This document shows, piece by piece, positions 1 to 9,086 of a stretch of DNA of 33,818 bases (position 1 is its first letter; every line of letters begins with the position of its first letter). Source of the stretch: an uncultured Methylomarinum sp. (GTDB taxonomy: Bacteria > Pseudomonadota > Gammaproteobacteria > Methylococcales > Methylomonadaceae); contig CAYUAE010000003.1 of NCBI GenBank assembly GCA_964442675.1, positions 1-33,818 on the forward strand. The letters run 5' to 3'. The position numbers were made by a program, and so were the translations under genes. Under the pieces are notes generated by a model that saw only the letters and a list, made by a program, of their open reading frames with translations, was not told the origin of the DNA and did not search any database.

Positions 1-21
1 ATCCTTGCTGAACGGCTTCAT
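1..21 (-). CDS. Possible 5' start of a gene running off the left edge (MKPFSKD...), downstream of the Hsp70 gene
   Basis: ATG at 21 on the minus strand, open to the window edge, 50 bp after the Hsp70 stop; only 7 codons visible. Confidence 0.3.
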
Positions 22-22
22 T

Positions 23-49
23 CTCTGTGTTCTCAGTGGTCTCTGTGTC
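23..49. repeat. 3 x 9-bp imperfect tandem repeat CTC(T/A)GTG(T/G)(T/C)
   Basis: CTCTGTGTT CTCAGTGGT CTCTGTGTC read directly. Confidence 0.7.
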
Positions 50-71
50 TGTATGAGGAATGAGGGAAAAG

Positions 72-1829
72 TCACTGCGTAACATCAGGTTGTAATAATT
101 TTTCCTTAAGCAATGCGGTGCTGTGTTCGAGCCCGGCAATATCTTGTTGTGCAATCTGCATCTTGCACGCATCAACAAGCTTTTGTAACGCCGCGCGCTC
201 TGCATCCGACAAACCTGGATACAGCATTTCAGCCTGCTGCACAACCTGTTCGGCGCCGATAATTTCCGGTATTTGCTCAGGCCGAAATTCCGGTTCGACA
301 GGTTGGAAACGCGAGCCGTTTTCCAGATGCCCAAACAAAGCCGTTATTTTTTGTTGCGCCTGCTCTATCTTTTCAGGCTCCAGTCGTGCCAAAGCCTGTT
401 CGATGGTCACGCTTTTTTCCAGGCCAGTGGCTTTTTCAACGGCGGTAACCGTCAGTAAACCATTCAAGTCCAGCGACAAGGTCACGATGATGATGCTGCC
501 CGCTGGCGCCGGCGTTAAACCTTCTACCCGAAATTCACCAATCTTGATGTTTTCCAGTGCATCTCTGCTTTCACCCTGATAAATTGCAATATCGACAAAA
601 GCCTGATTGTCATAGCTGGTCTCAAACGCTTCACTTTTACTGACCGGCAGCGGCGTATTTTTAGCAATAATCGGCACATATTGAAACGGGTAAAATTGAC
701 CATCCAGGCTGCCAATCACCGAGCAACCATAACTGTAAGGCGCAACATCAATCAATAAGGTATCGATGGCCTGTCCTTCAATCAGTGCCGCCTGAATCGC
801 GGCGCCTTGTGCCACGCATAATTCGGGATCGACATCGGCACGTGCTTCGATACCAAAGACATCAAACAGATAATGCCGAATACAGGGGATCCGGCTGGAG
901 CCGCCAACCAACAAAATATCATCGATGGCCTCGGCTTTGAGGCGAGCCTGTTTTAAACTGTCTTGCACCCATGCCATGGTTTCCTGAATGGCCGGCGCTA
1001 TCATCGCTTCAAACTCGGCACGCGATAATTCCACCGACAAATTGACCGGCAAGCCGTCATGTTGCAGCAGATACTCCGCCTCAATCCGGGCAAATGGAAA
1101 ATCCGATAACTGAATTTTGGCCTGCTCGGCCGCGCGCAACAAACGCGCCATGACTTGCGGGTTATGACTGACATCGACATTAAACTGCTGGCGCAGATGA
1201 TCTAAAAGAAACTCGACGATTTGCCGATCAAAATCATCGCCGCCCAATTGCGTGTTGCCATTATTGGCCAACACTTCAGTGACGCCATTTTCAATCCGCA
1301 CGATAGACACATCAAACGTTCCCCCGCCCAGATCATAAACCAGCACAGTGGCCGCCGTTTTTTTATCCAACCCATAAGCCAGCGCCGCCGCAGTTGGCTC
1401 GTTAATCATTCTGACAATCGATAAGCCGGCAATCTCACCCGCTTGATAGGTTGCTTGTCGCGCCGCTTCGGAAAAATGAGCCGGAACCGTGACCACGGCC
1501 TGCTCGATGATTTGGCCACTGGCCTGCTCGGCAATGGTTTTTAAGCGCTTTAGAATCAGAGCCGAAATTTCCTGCGGGGAAAACGTTTGATCACCCAGCG
1601 TAACGGGCTGATCGCTGCCCATCAAACGTTTGACAGATTGAATCGTGCGTTCCGGAAACAATAAGGCCTGATTTTTGGCCGCTTGTCCGACCAATACGCT
1701 CCCTTGTTCATCCAGCCCGACAACCGAAGGCAACAGTTTTTGTCCCCGGTCGCTGAGGATGCGCGGAATACCCTGCTCAACACAGGCCACTTCAGAATGG
1801 GTCGTTCCCAGATCAATGCCGATAATCAT
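72..1829 (-). CDS. Hsp70-family chaperone (atypical DnaK/HscC-like paralogue)
   Basis: GIDLGTT, TVPAHF, INEPTAAALAYG, DLGGGTFD, LVGGSSRIP motifs and LLIDVAP linker; substrate-binding domain divergent from housekeeping DnaK. Confidence 0.93.
   Translation of the reverse strand: MIIGIDLGTTHSEVACVEQGIPRILSDRGQKLLPSVVGLDEQGSVLVGQAAKNQALLFPERTIQSVKRLMGSDQPVTLGDQTFSPQEISALILKRLKTIAEQASGQIIEQAVVTVPAHFSEAARQATYQAGEIAGLSIVRMINEPTAAALAYGLDKKTAATVLVYDLGGGTFDVSIVRIENGVTEVLANNGNTQLGGDDFDRQIVEFLLDHLRQQFNVDVSHNPQVMARLLRAAEQAKIQLSDFPFARIEAEYLLQHDGLPVNLSVELSRAEFEAMIAPAIQETMAWVQDSLKQARLKAEAIDDILLVGGSSRIPCIRHYLFDVFGIEARADVDPELCVAQGAAIQAALIEGQAIDTLLIDVAPYSYGCSVIGSLDGQFYPFQYVPIIAKNTPLPVSKSEAFETSYDNQAFVDIAIYQGESRDALENIKIGEFRVEGLTPAPAGSIIIVTLSLDLNGLLTVTAVEKATGLEKSVTIEQALARLEPEKIEQAQQKITALFGHLENGSRFQPVEPEFRPEQIPEIIGAEQVVQQAEMLYPGLSDAERAALQKLVDACKMQIAQQDIAGLEHSTALLKEKLLQPDVTQ
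74..88 (-). repeat. Short copy of dispersed motif CTGATGTTACGCAGT overlapping the Hsp70 3' end
   Basis: 14/15 match to CTGATGTTACGCGGT at 3684 and 33686. Confidence 0.5.
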
Positions 1830-1930
1830 TTTAATATGCCGTTATAAGAGTGTGGATAAAAGTGCTTCTGTTTTGTAATGCCAAAAGGCATTTTAAATGC
1901 CCATTAACAACGACAACAACCGATTATGTT

Positions 1931-1947
1931 ATCGCCAATTTAGTGCA
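1931..1947. promoter_or_regulatory. Possible NtrC-type enhancer site
   Basis: ATCGCCAATTTAGTGCA vs TGCACCA-N3-TGGTGCA: good right half, weak left half; about 130 bp upstream of the sigma54 promoter. Confidence 0.3.
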
Positions 1948-2073
1948 TTCTGGAATAAAAGCGTACAATAGTAAGGGTATTTTTTCTGCTATCAAATAAA
2001 TTACCCAGTCACACAACTTCATACCACATTGATTTTACTGGAGTTTCAAAAACAACCACATCAAGGATATAAC

Positions 2074-2089
2074 TGGCACAATAAATGCT
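2074..2089 (+). promoter_or_regulatory. sigma54 (RpoN) -24/-12 promoter for the porin gene
   Basis: TGGCACAATAAATGCT: GG-N10-GC spacing, TGGCAC -24 box, ATGCT -12 box. Confidence 0.75.
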
Positions 2090-2235
2090 TAACCAGAACT
2101 AAATAAGTCTTAATGGAAAACCGGGCCGATAAAGGCTCCTTCCCTCGCTGAAAAACACATTACATTATTTTACAGGGCAACACTTTACCCGAATTTTTAA
2201 TCTTGATAATCATGACACATGCTAAAGTAAATAAA

Positions 2236-2333
2236 TCCAGCACCTCGCCCCGAAGGCCAAGGTTTTCTTACAGAAGATATTGCACCTTTGTATCCTCGCC
2301 ATTAATGGTGAGGTTTTATATTGAGGTGCTGAA
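2236..2333. mobile_element. MITE-like element, copy 1 (98 bp)
   Basis: Terminal IRs TCCAGCACCTCG / TGAGGTGCTGAA, flanked by TAAA (2232-2235, 2334-2337), internal hairpin CCTCGCCATTAATGGTGAGG; homologous to 28686-28756. Confidence 0.65.
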
Positions 2334-2408
2334 TAAAGTTATTTGCCCCACTCAAGACCCCGTAAAGTCCTATCACTATAATTTTCTTAATCGATAAGGA
2401 GTAAACCT

Positions 2409-3683
2409 ATGATGATGTCCGAAAAAACCTCTGATTGGAACAAGCCAATCAAACACATCGGCTTCGCAGTGGCTTTAGTCGCAGCCACCCTCCCGCAACA
2501 CGCCTATGCCGATATCAATGATGCTATTGACAATACCTTGAAGTTTGGACAGGCCGATGCCAAATACGGGCAAATCAAGTTCGATTTACGTTATCGTTAT
2601 GAATATGCCGATACCAAAAACAACCCGGCCAAACCCGCTCATGCCAATACCTTTCGTTTACGCCTGGGTTATTTGACACCGGAAATCGCTTATTTTCAGG
2701 GCTTTGCCGAATATGAAACCCTTTTTGCCGCGCAGAATGATTACTATGTTCCAGCCAATGTCTACGGAAGCTCACAATATAATGTCATTGTCGATCCGGC
2801 TGACCGGCATGAACTCAACCAGTTGTGGCTGACCTTCAAAGGCATTCCCGATACGGAAATCAAAGGCGGCAGGCAACGTATCAAACTCGATGATGACCGC
2901 TTTATCGGTAATGTTGGCTGGCGGCAAATGGAGCAAACCTATGATGCCGTCATAGTCACCAACAAGTCGATCAAAAATGTCACCATTAAAGCCGGTTATA
3001 TTGGCAGAGTCAGAAACATCAAATCTCTGACCGACAATATCGACGCCCCACTGGTACATATCGATCACAATCTGGGGAATTACGGCCATGCCATTGCTTA
3101 CGGCTATTGGCTGGGTTTTCGCGGTGACCAATCACAAAAGGCCACCCAGACATACGGTATTCGTTTTACCGGCTCGCCCAAGTTAAATGACACCTTCACC
3201 TTACATTACACAGCCGAATACAGTTACCAGGAAGACTATAGTAACAACCCGTTAAGCTACGGTCTCGATCGCTATAATATTATGGCTGGCCTCAGCGCAT
3301 TTGGTTTTACCCTGAAAGGTGCCATGGAGCAATTAGATGGGCATGATGGTGCGGCATTCCAGACACCACTCGGTACTAACCACGCTTTTCAAGGCTGGGC
3401 TGATCGCTTCCTGTCCACTCCGACCACAGGCTTGCGTGACATCAATGCCACTCTGGCCACCAAAGTCGCAGGCACCAAGTTGATGTTTGTTTATCATAAG
3501 TTCCAGGATGACAGCAGCGCGTTTGACTATGCGGATGAATACGATCTTCTTGCCGTTAAAAAATTCGGTAAGCACTATTCCTTGCTGGCCAAATATGCTT
3601 ACTATAATGGCGACAAAAATGCACCGGGCGGTTTTAAAAATGATACGCAAAAAATTTGGGTACAAGCGGCTATATCTTTTTAA
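2409..3683 (+). CDS. Alginate-export (AlgE-like) family outer-membrane beta-barrel porin
   Basis: Signal peptide (..QHAYA|D), RYRYE, GRQRIKLDDDRFIGNVGWRQ.EQTYD and FQTPLGTNHAFQGWADRF motifs, C-terminal Phe; AAGGAG RBS. Confidence 0.85.
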   Translation: MMMSEKTSDWNKPIKHIGFAVALVAATLPQHAYADINDAIDNTLKFGQADAKYGQIKFDLRYRYEYADTKNNPAKPAHANTFRLRLGYLTPEIAYFQGFAEYETLFAAQNDYYVPANVYGSSQYNVIVDPADRHELNQLWLTFKGIPDTEIKGGRQRIKLDDDRFIGNVGWRQMEQTYDAVIVTNKSIKNVTIKAGYIGRVRNIKSLTDNIDAPLVHIDHNLGNYGHAIAYGYWLGFRGDQSQKATQTYGIRFTGSPKLNDTFTLHYTAEYSYQEDYSNNPLSYGLDRYNIMAGLSAFGFTLKGAMEQLDGHDGAAFQTPLGTNHAFQGWADRFLSTPTTGLRDINATLATKVAGTKLMFVYHKFQDDSSAFDYADEYDLLAVKKFGKHYSLLAKYAYYNGDKNAPGGFKNDTQKIWVQAAISF

Positions 3684-3711
3684 CTGATGTTACGCGGTTC
3701 GTATTTTTGAT
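3680..3711 (+). repeat. 32-bp dispersed repeat, copy A
   Basis: TTAACTGATGTTACGCGGTTCGTATTTTTGAT, 30/32 identical to 33682-33713; overlaps the porin stop codon. Confidence 0.85.
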
Positions 3712-3770
3712 TCTATGTTGTGGTGCAAGGCAAGCACTACATGAGCTGTATAAATCATTGAATTTTATAA

Positions 3771-3803
3771 AAACCTTGCTGTTGAAAATGGGCAGCAAGG
3801 TTT
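3771..3803. terminator. Probable bidirectional intrinsic terminator between convergent genes
   Basis: AAACCTTGCTG-N11-CAGCAAGGTTT perfect 11-bp stem, with A-run on the left and T-run on the right. Confidence 0.7.
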
Positions 3804-3828
3804 CCTCGTCTTGACAGCGATTGCCAGC

Positions 3829-4785
3829 TCAGGACTTGTCATTCAATGGTGAATCCGATTTGTAAGGCACTTTGCCGGCTGGAATGTTTTTGGCAGCCGG
3901 GTCTAAATGCACATCCTGATCATCAAAGAAAATATGCGGCTTGAAGGCTTTTAAAATTTTGGCTTTATCCAGCCCGCCTAAAAAAAATATTTCGTCCACA
4001 TAAACACCCCAATGCCTGAGTGTTTTAATCACACGCATTTCCGCCGGACTGTTTCGTGCAGTAACGATGGCGATGCGGATAGGTGACACCTCCACCCTGT
4101 GCGGCAAACGTTCCTGTAATCGCGCCAGCTTCTTGAGCAACGTGGCATACGGCCCATCTTTCAAAGGAATATCTTTTTGCTCATTTTCAAGGTGTTGAAA
4201 TCTTGCCAGCCCTTCTGCTTTATAAACAATTTCGCTTTCATCGCTGAACAACACAGCATCGCCATCGAAAGCCAGACGCACCTGACCTTCAGGGATTTTT
4301 TCAATATCGGAAGGCGGCTCTTTAACGATGGCAACGGCGCAGGTATCACTATCGATAACCCGCTGCGCATCTTTTGGATTCGTCGTCAAAAACAAATCAA
4401 CATCATAGGCATCCAGATAATCCACAACAGATTCCCCGCCAGTAAAGGCCGAGCGGGTAATATCCAGCCGCTGCTGGCGGATGTTGTGAAACACACGAAT
4501 GCCGGTTTCCGGGCTGTTGCGGGACATGACGACAACCTCGACCAAAGGTGATTCACCTTCAGGCTTAAACTGATTCAATGACATCAATGCCTTGACCAGA
4601 TAGAACCCCGTTCCGGGTGCTAAAGGCTCGGTTTCCCTTTCCTCCATATAGCGCCGGTATGCATCGATAGCAGCGTCCGGATCAGCCTCGAATGTTTTCC
4701 GAAAAATGGTATCGGCTTCACTCAAGTCGAATAGTGCGGTCGAGGTGATACCAATCACCAAGGTATCTGATAAATCCAATGGCAT
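3829..4785 (-). CDS. 5'-nucleotidase (cN-I-like, HAD-related family)
   Basis: LVIGITSTALFDL, RLAFDGDAVLFSDESE, VTARNSPA, FFLGG.DK, FKPHIFFDDQ motifs; AAGGAGG RBS spacing favours ATG 4785 over 4791. Confidence 0.88.
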   Translation of the reverse strand: MPLDLSDTLVIGITSTALFDLSEADTIFRKTFEADPDAAIDAYRRYMEERETEPLAPGTGFYLVKALMSLNQFKPEGESPLVEVVVMSRNSPETGIRVFHNIRQQRLDITRSAFTGGESVVDYLDAYDVDLFLTTNPKDAQRVIDSDTCAVAIVKEPPSDIEKIPEGQVRLAFDGDAVLFSDESEIVYKAEGLARFQHLENEQKDIPLKDGPYATLLKKLARLQERLPHRVEVSPIRIAIVTARNSPAEMRVIKTLRHWGVYVDEIFFLGGLDKAKILKAFKPHIFFDDQDVHLDPAAKNIPAGKVPYKSDSPLNDKS

Positions 4786-4822
4786 AACCATGCCTCCTTT
4801 TGTTCGTATGGATCAGGCGATG

Positions 4823-5695
4823 TTATAACCAAACCGCCTCTTGTTCCAGGGCCTTACCCACATGCTGAGAAAGTCTGGCGAGTTGTTGAAAATTTTCATC
4901 CATAGCGCCGATTGCTTGCAGTTTATGGCAGGCGTTTTCAAACAGGGTATGGGTTTTAGCCCAGACTGTGGAATCCCCAAACATTTGCAGCTTTTCCTGC
5001 CACCCCGGCATCCAGTAAAAATCAAGCCGTGTTTCAGGATGAATAGATTCAAGCAAGCGAACGTAATTTGACAGGCCCACGCCATCGTAATCCGGGAACA
5101 AGACAAGCTGATGGCTGCGAGGGCGCTCTGCCAGCCATTGCAACAGAATATCCGGTAATTGGCCGGCATAATAAATCAGGCAGCCATCGAAACCATTATC
5201 CAGCCAGTCACAGCGGTCAAACAAAGCCTGGTTTTCAATCAATAACAAAGGCTTGTTACATTGCCAGGATTGATTGACGCTCACCTGTAATGCCGCCAGA
5301 CCGAATTGGCGGGTCTGGGTGGCAACATCCAGCTGAGCTTTGCCATTTGACCAGATGACGCCATCACTCCAGGCTTTCATCAACAGATAATAATTATCAT
5401 GCGTAGATTTGCCTTTTTTACTGTCCCCATGAAGGCCGACATTGCGGCTGCGATCGGGAATATCAGTGGGCAGTTCGGCTTCTGTCAACGGTTGCTGCCG
5501 GGCGAGATAGTTTTCCAGTGCCGTTTTATTGGTGACGCGATAAAAGGTGCTGCGCCCCTGTTTGACGATTTCGATAAAACGGGTTTGCTGCATCAGTTCT
5601 TCCAATGCCTTGCGCTGCCCGACAGTCAGCTCGGATTTCTTCAGTTCCCCTGAATTGTTCAGCAAATGCCGGGCAGCATCCGCCCGGGCGTTCAT
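4823..5695 (-). CDS. jetD: Wadjet JetD/MksG-like Toprim-domain nuclease
   Basis: Toprim Glu (LLLIEN) and DxD (FPDYDGVG); 4-bp overlap with the upstream SMC gene. Confidence 0.8.
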   Translation of the reverse strand: MNARADAARHLLNNSGELKKSELTVGQRKALEELMQQTRFIEIVKQGRSTFYRVTNKTALENYLARQQPLTEAELPTDIPDRSRNVGLHGDSKKGKSTHDNYYLLMKAWSDGVIWSNGKAQLDVATQTRQFGLAALQVSVNQSWQCNKPLLLIENQALFDRCDWLDNGFDGCLIYYAGQLPDILLQWLAERPRSHQLVLFPDYDGVGLSNYVRLLESIHPETRLDFYWMPGWQEKLQMFGDSTVWAKTHTLFENACHKLQAIGAMDENFQQLARLSQHVGKALEQEAVWL

Positions 5696-8487
5696 GCCGG
5701 TGCCTCCTCAATCGGTTCCAGAATCTGCCAGTTCAGGCGGCTGATATAGTTTTTACCGTTTTGCGTGCCGATGGGTACACAATAGCGGGCGGTGATTTGT
5801 GGCTCGGGTGAGGCAAAAATCAGCGAAAAGCCAAATTCGTCTGCGGTTTCGATTAAATTGCGTTGATTGGCCTGGTCCAATGAGGCGGCTTCATCCAGAT
5901 AACAGGCGGTTTTGATACTTTTTCTGGCATCCTGCATCTGATTGAGCATGGCCAGCCCGGTGATGAGTTTGGCCATCAAAACGGTGCCGTTGGATGCCGC
6001 GCTGTCCAAATCGTCAAATTCAGCAGGCTTTTGGTTTTGCTTGCCGATGACGAAAACCAGCCGGAACAGATGTTCAACCTTCAGGCTGCCGAGTTTCTCG
6101 CCCTGTTTAATCAACAAATCCTTGGCCTTGTTGAGCACTTTGTCGTCCAGCACAGTATTATGATCGAACAGGTCAAACGAGTTGCCGGAATCGACCTGTT
6201 CAGACGTGGAAATCAAGGTGCGAATGGCATTGACGATGGCCTCTTCTTCGCGTGGCTCGATTTTAAAGACTTTCAGATCGGACAGCTGACGGCGGCTGAT
6301 GATTTTATTGAAGTCGGCCATGCGCCGTTTCAAGGTTTCCAGACTGTCACGCAAATCACGCAAGATGGCGGCAACCTGGACAACGGCCGAACGCGCCTTG
6401 CGTTCGATGGCCGCCTGCTCCTGTTTGAGTTGAGCAGTGTAATTGAACAGCGCTTGCAGTTCCTGTTCCGGATCGTCCTGAATCTGGAATTTGTTAATTC
6501 CGTCATGATGGAGCTGAGTCAGACCGTCGGCCAACAGCTTGTCCAGATCAGACAATTCCTGACAATCCTGGTTATAACGCTCGATTTGATCGGCCAGTTG
6601 TGTGATGTCAAAGGCTGCGTTTTCCATATAGGGCAGATGTGGCCGCTGCTCGAGATGAGTAAACAATGGCGTATGATCTTTGCGTTGCTGACGGGCTTTA
6701 TCGATACGCAAGTGTTGCTGTTCAAGCGTTCCCTGTGCTTTTTCGATACGGGATAAATCGGCCTTGAGGCTGGCGAGCTGTTGATCAAACTGCTGTTCTT
6801 CCTGTTGCAGTTGTCGCATCAGATTATCAAGCTCGGCAAGACGGGTTTGCCGCTGTTCGGCGCTGTTTTGCAATTGCTGAAATTCCTTGTATTTTTCGAT
6901 GGTTTTCCGACATTCTTCAAGCTGCCGGTCAAACTCGGCCAGCTTTGCCTGTTCCTGTTCAAGATGCTCAACGGTTGCCAATGTTTTTTTCCAGTCGGCT
7001 TCCTGCTGTTGCAATGCTTGCAGTTCGGTCTGTAATTCTTCGGCCGTTTTGAGGTGCAGATTGGCTTCCAGCCGGGACAAGTCGATGATAAGACCGGCCA
7101 TTTTCAGCTTATCACCGCTTATATATTGACTGAGCTTGCGACCTGCCTGTTGCAACTGGCTTTCATCCAGCAATTGCACGGTATCGTCTGCTGCCACAGC
7201 CGAGCTTAACAGCGGCCTGGCCAACAAGCGCGTCAAGGCGTTGAAGCTTTCAGCCGGCAGCGATTGTTGCAATTGCAGGAACAGATTATTATCGAGCGTA
7301 TTCAGTTGCTGTTGCAGGCTGCGTTGTTCTTGCTGACATTTGCTGATCTGACTGCGGATGGCGTTGGCATTGTGTTGGTTTTGCGCCTGAATCAAGCGTG
7401 AGACCAGTTGATCACGCTGGGTTTGCAGGGCTTTTTGCTCATCCTGCAACTGCGCCAGGTCTTTAACGTAGGTAAATTCCAGTTTCAAGTCCTGATAGCG
7501 TTGTTCGGCCTGCTGCTGTGCATTTTGCTCTGTTTTGGTATTCGCCCGATCTTCATAAATCATTTTCCGCCGCTGTTCGAGCTCGGCTTCCCGGGCTTGC
7601 AATTGCGCCTGTTTTTCGGACATCTCGGTGCGTTGGCTGTTGTAATAATCCTCCCATTGGGTCAGCATCTTCTCGATCAACGGTTTCAGAACAATAATTT
7701 TGCCGCGTAAACTTTTGCGTTGCTGCTGTTTTTTCTCCAACCCGGTAATCAGGGGCTGATTGCGGGAAACAGCATCAAACTGGGATTTGTCATAATTGAC
7801 ATCAGCGAAAGATTTATCCCATTCTTCTTTGAAATTAATGCTGCGGTCAAGCAAATCGTTTTTGTAAATTTCCAGCAAATAGGCTTTGACCTGGCGGCTA
7901 TCGAGACTGTCGAGCCGTAAAGTGCGCGTTAAAATACGCTGGTAGGTGGCCGCCTGCGACGTAAACAGCAGCGGGAAAATCGTCAGGTCAGGCTCATCCG
8001 AGCGCTGCTTCTGGCGATTGCCATACAACAAGGCCCGCAAATCATGTGATTGATAGATGCGGGCTGACTTGCCCCGGGTCAGCAGATGTTCAATCAGTTT
8101 GGGCTGGGTCACCAGGGTATTGTCGGATAGCCGGAAATCATCCACATCCAGACTGCCCTGATAGGCAAAATATTCGTAATCGTGGCTCAGGCCCTTGCCG
8201 ACACAGCCGATAACCACCATGCCGGCTGGCAACAGGACTTCCAGCAGAATATAGGCGCTGTTATCGGGAAAATAGAACTTGCGTGAGCTGTCAATTGAAT
8301 GCGCGCCAAAATCCATCAGGCGCCGGTCAATAATCAGTAAAAACTGCAGCGCGTTAATCAGGCTGGTTTTGCCGGTGTTATTAGGTGCGATAATGGAGAC
8401 CGACTGATCCAGTGGCAACTCTGCCCGGCTGTAACCGGCGCTGTTCAGTAAAACCAGTTTTTGAAAGCCATAGTGCGCCAGACTCAT
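5692..8487 (-). CDS. mksB: SMC-like ATPase of the Mks/Wadjet condensin (MksB/JetC)
   Basis: Walker A APNNTGKT, long Q/E-rich coiled coil, signature-like ASNGT, Walker B/D-loop CYLDEAASLD; N-terminus resembles the Pseudomonas Mks ATPase. Confidence 0.9.
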   Translation of the reverse strand: MSLAHYGFQKLVLLNSAGYSRAELPLDQSVSIIAPNNTGKTSLINALQFLLIIDRRLMDFGAHSIDSSRKFYFPDNSAYILLEVLLPAGMVVIGCVGKGLSHDYEYFAYQGSLDVDDFRLSDNTLVTQPKLIEHLLTRGKSARIYQSHDLRALLYGNRQKQRSDEPDLTIFPLLFTSQAATYQRILTRTLRLDSLDSRQVKAYLLEIYKNDLLDRSINFKEEWDKSFADVNYDKSQFDAVSRNQPLITGLEKKQQQRKSLRGKIIVLKPLIEKMLTQWEDYYNSQRTEMSEKQAQLQAREAELEQRRKMIYEDRANTKTEQNAQQQAEQRYQDLKLEFTYVKDLAQLQDEQKALQTQRDQLVSRLIQAQNQHNANAIRSQISKCQQEQRSLQQQLNTLDNNLFLQLQQSLPAESFNALTRLLARPLLSSAVAADDTVQLLDESQLQQAGRKLSQYISGDKLKMAGLIIDLSRLEANLHLKTAEELQTELQALQQQEADWKKTLATVEHLEQEQAKLAEFDRQLEECRKTIEKYKEFQQLQNSAEQRQTRLAELDNLMRQLQQEEQQFDQQLASLKADLSRIEKAQGTLEQQHLRIDKARQQRKDHTPLFTHLEQRPHLPYMENAAFDITQLADQIERYNQDCQELSDLDKLLADGLTQLHHDGINKFQIQDDPEQELQALFNYTAQLKQEQAAIERKARSAVVQVAAILRDLRDSLETLKRRMADFNKIISRRQLSDLKVFKIEPREEEAIVNAIRTLISTSEQVDSGNSFDLFDHNTVLDDKVLNKAKDLLIKQGEKLGSLKVEHLFRLVFVIGKQNQKPAEFDDLDSAASNGTVLMAKLITGLAMLNQMQDARKSIKTACYLDEAASLDQANQRNLIETADEFGFSLIFASPEPQITARYCVPIGTQNGKNYISRLNWQILEPIEEAPA

Positions 8488-9086
8488 GGATTGTCCTCCT
8501 GTAATTCGTCCTCGTCTTCCAGTTCATCTTCCGGGCTTGGTTCCATTGTTGGCGTCAACTCAGGTTTATCGGCTTGCGCCAGTTCTTCAAATAAATCCAG
8601 ATAACGATGGACAGCCGGCAGCAGCCAGTAGCTGTCATCATCAAACAATACAAAACCGACACGAACCGCCCGATCCAGTGTCTCTTTCAAGGCCTGGCTG
8701 TCGGCCATTTCTTCGGCCTCCAGGATGGCGTGATAATGCCGGGCAAGCGTTTGTAATAAGGCATTGTCGATACGCCATTGTTGAAACTGAAACAGATGCA
8801 AGCCCTGGTCGGCCTGGTATTCAAACAGCAACATCAAAAACAAGGCAATACGTTTGCTCAGCTTGTTGATATTTGAGCTGGCCTGTTCGGTTTTGAAATA
8901 GGCAAAGCCCCGGCCATCCATGACCACCGTAAAGCCCAGTGCGGAAAACAATTGTTGATACTGTTCATAGTGCTTTTCCAGTTCTGTCCACAGCCCGGTA
9001 TCTTCCAGACGATTGAGATGTGCGCCGGAACTCAGCGTTTTGAACAATGCTTGCAGTTGCGTTAATTGGGTCAGATCGATTGTCAT
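8484..9086 (-). CDS. mksE: MksE/JetB KITE subunit
   Basis: 200 aa, overlaps both neighbours by 4 bp, LF.ALGF..V.D.RGFAYF motif, acidic tail. Confidence 0.8.
   Translation of the reverse strand: MTIDLTQLTQLQALFKTLSSGAHLNRLEDTGLWTELEKHYEQYQQLFSALGFTVVMDGRGFAYFKTEQASSNINKLSKRIALFLMLLFEYQADQGLHLFQFQQWRIDNALLQTLARHYHAILEAEEMADSQALKETLDRAVRVGFVLFDDDSYWLLPAVHRYLDLFEELAQADKPELTPTMEPSPEDELEDEDELQEDNP

Noticed and set aside
2236-2333. Known riboswitch or ANTAR leader upstream of the porin
   Set aside because: No recognisable riboswitch consensus or ANTAR twin hexaloops; a homologous copy sits between convergent genes, favouring a mobile repeat
2203-2397. 64-aa leader ORF
   Set aside because: TTG start, no RBS, and it runs through the MITE-like element
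6031-7920. Several long plus-strand ORFs antisense to the SMC gene (likewise those antisense to hsp70, proA, fba and dynamin)
   Set aside because: Shadow ORFs from codon bias of the real genes; no motifs
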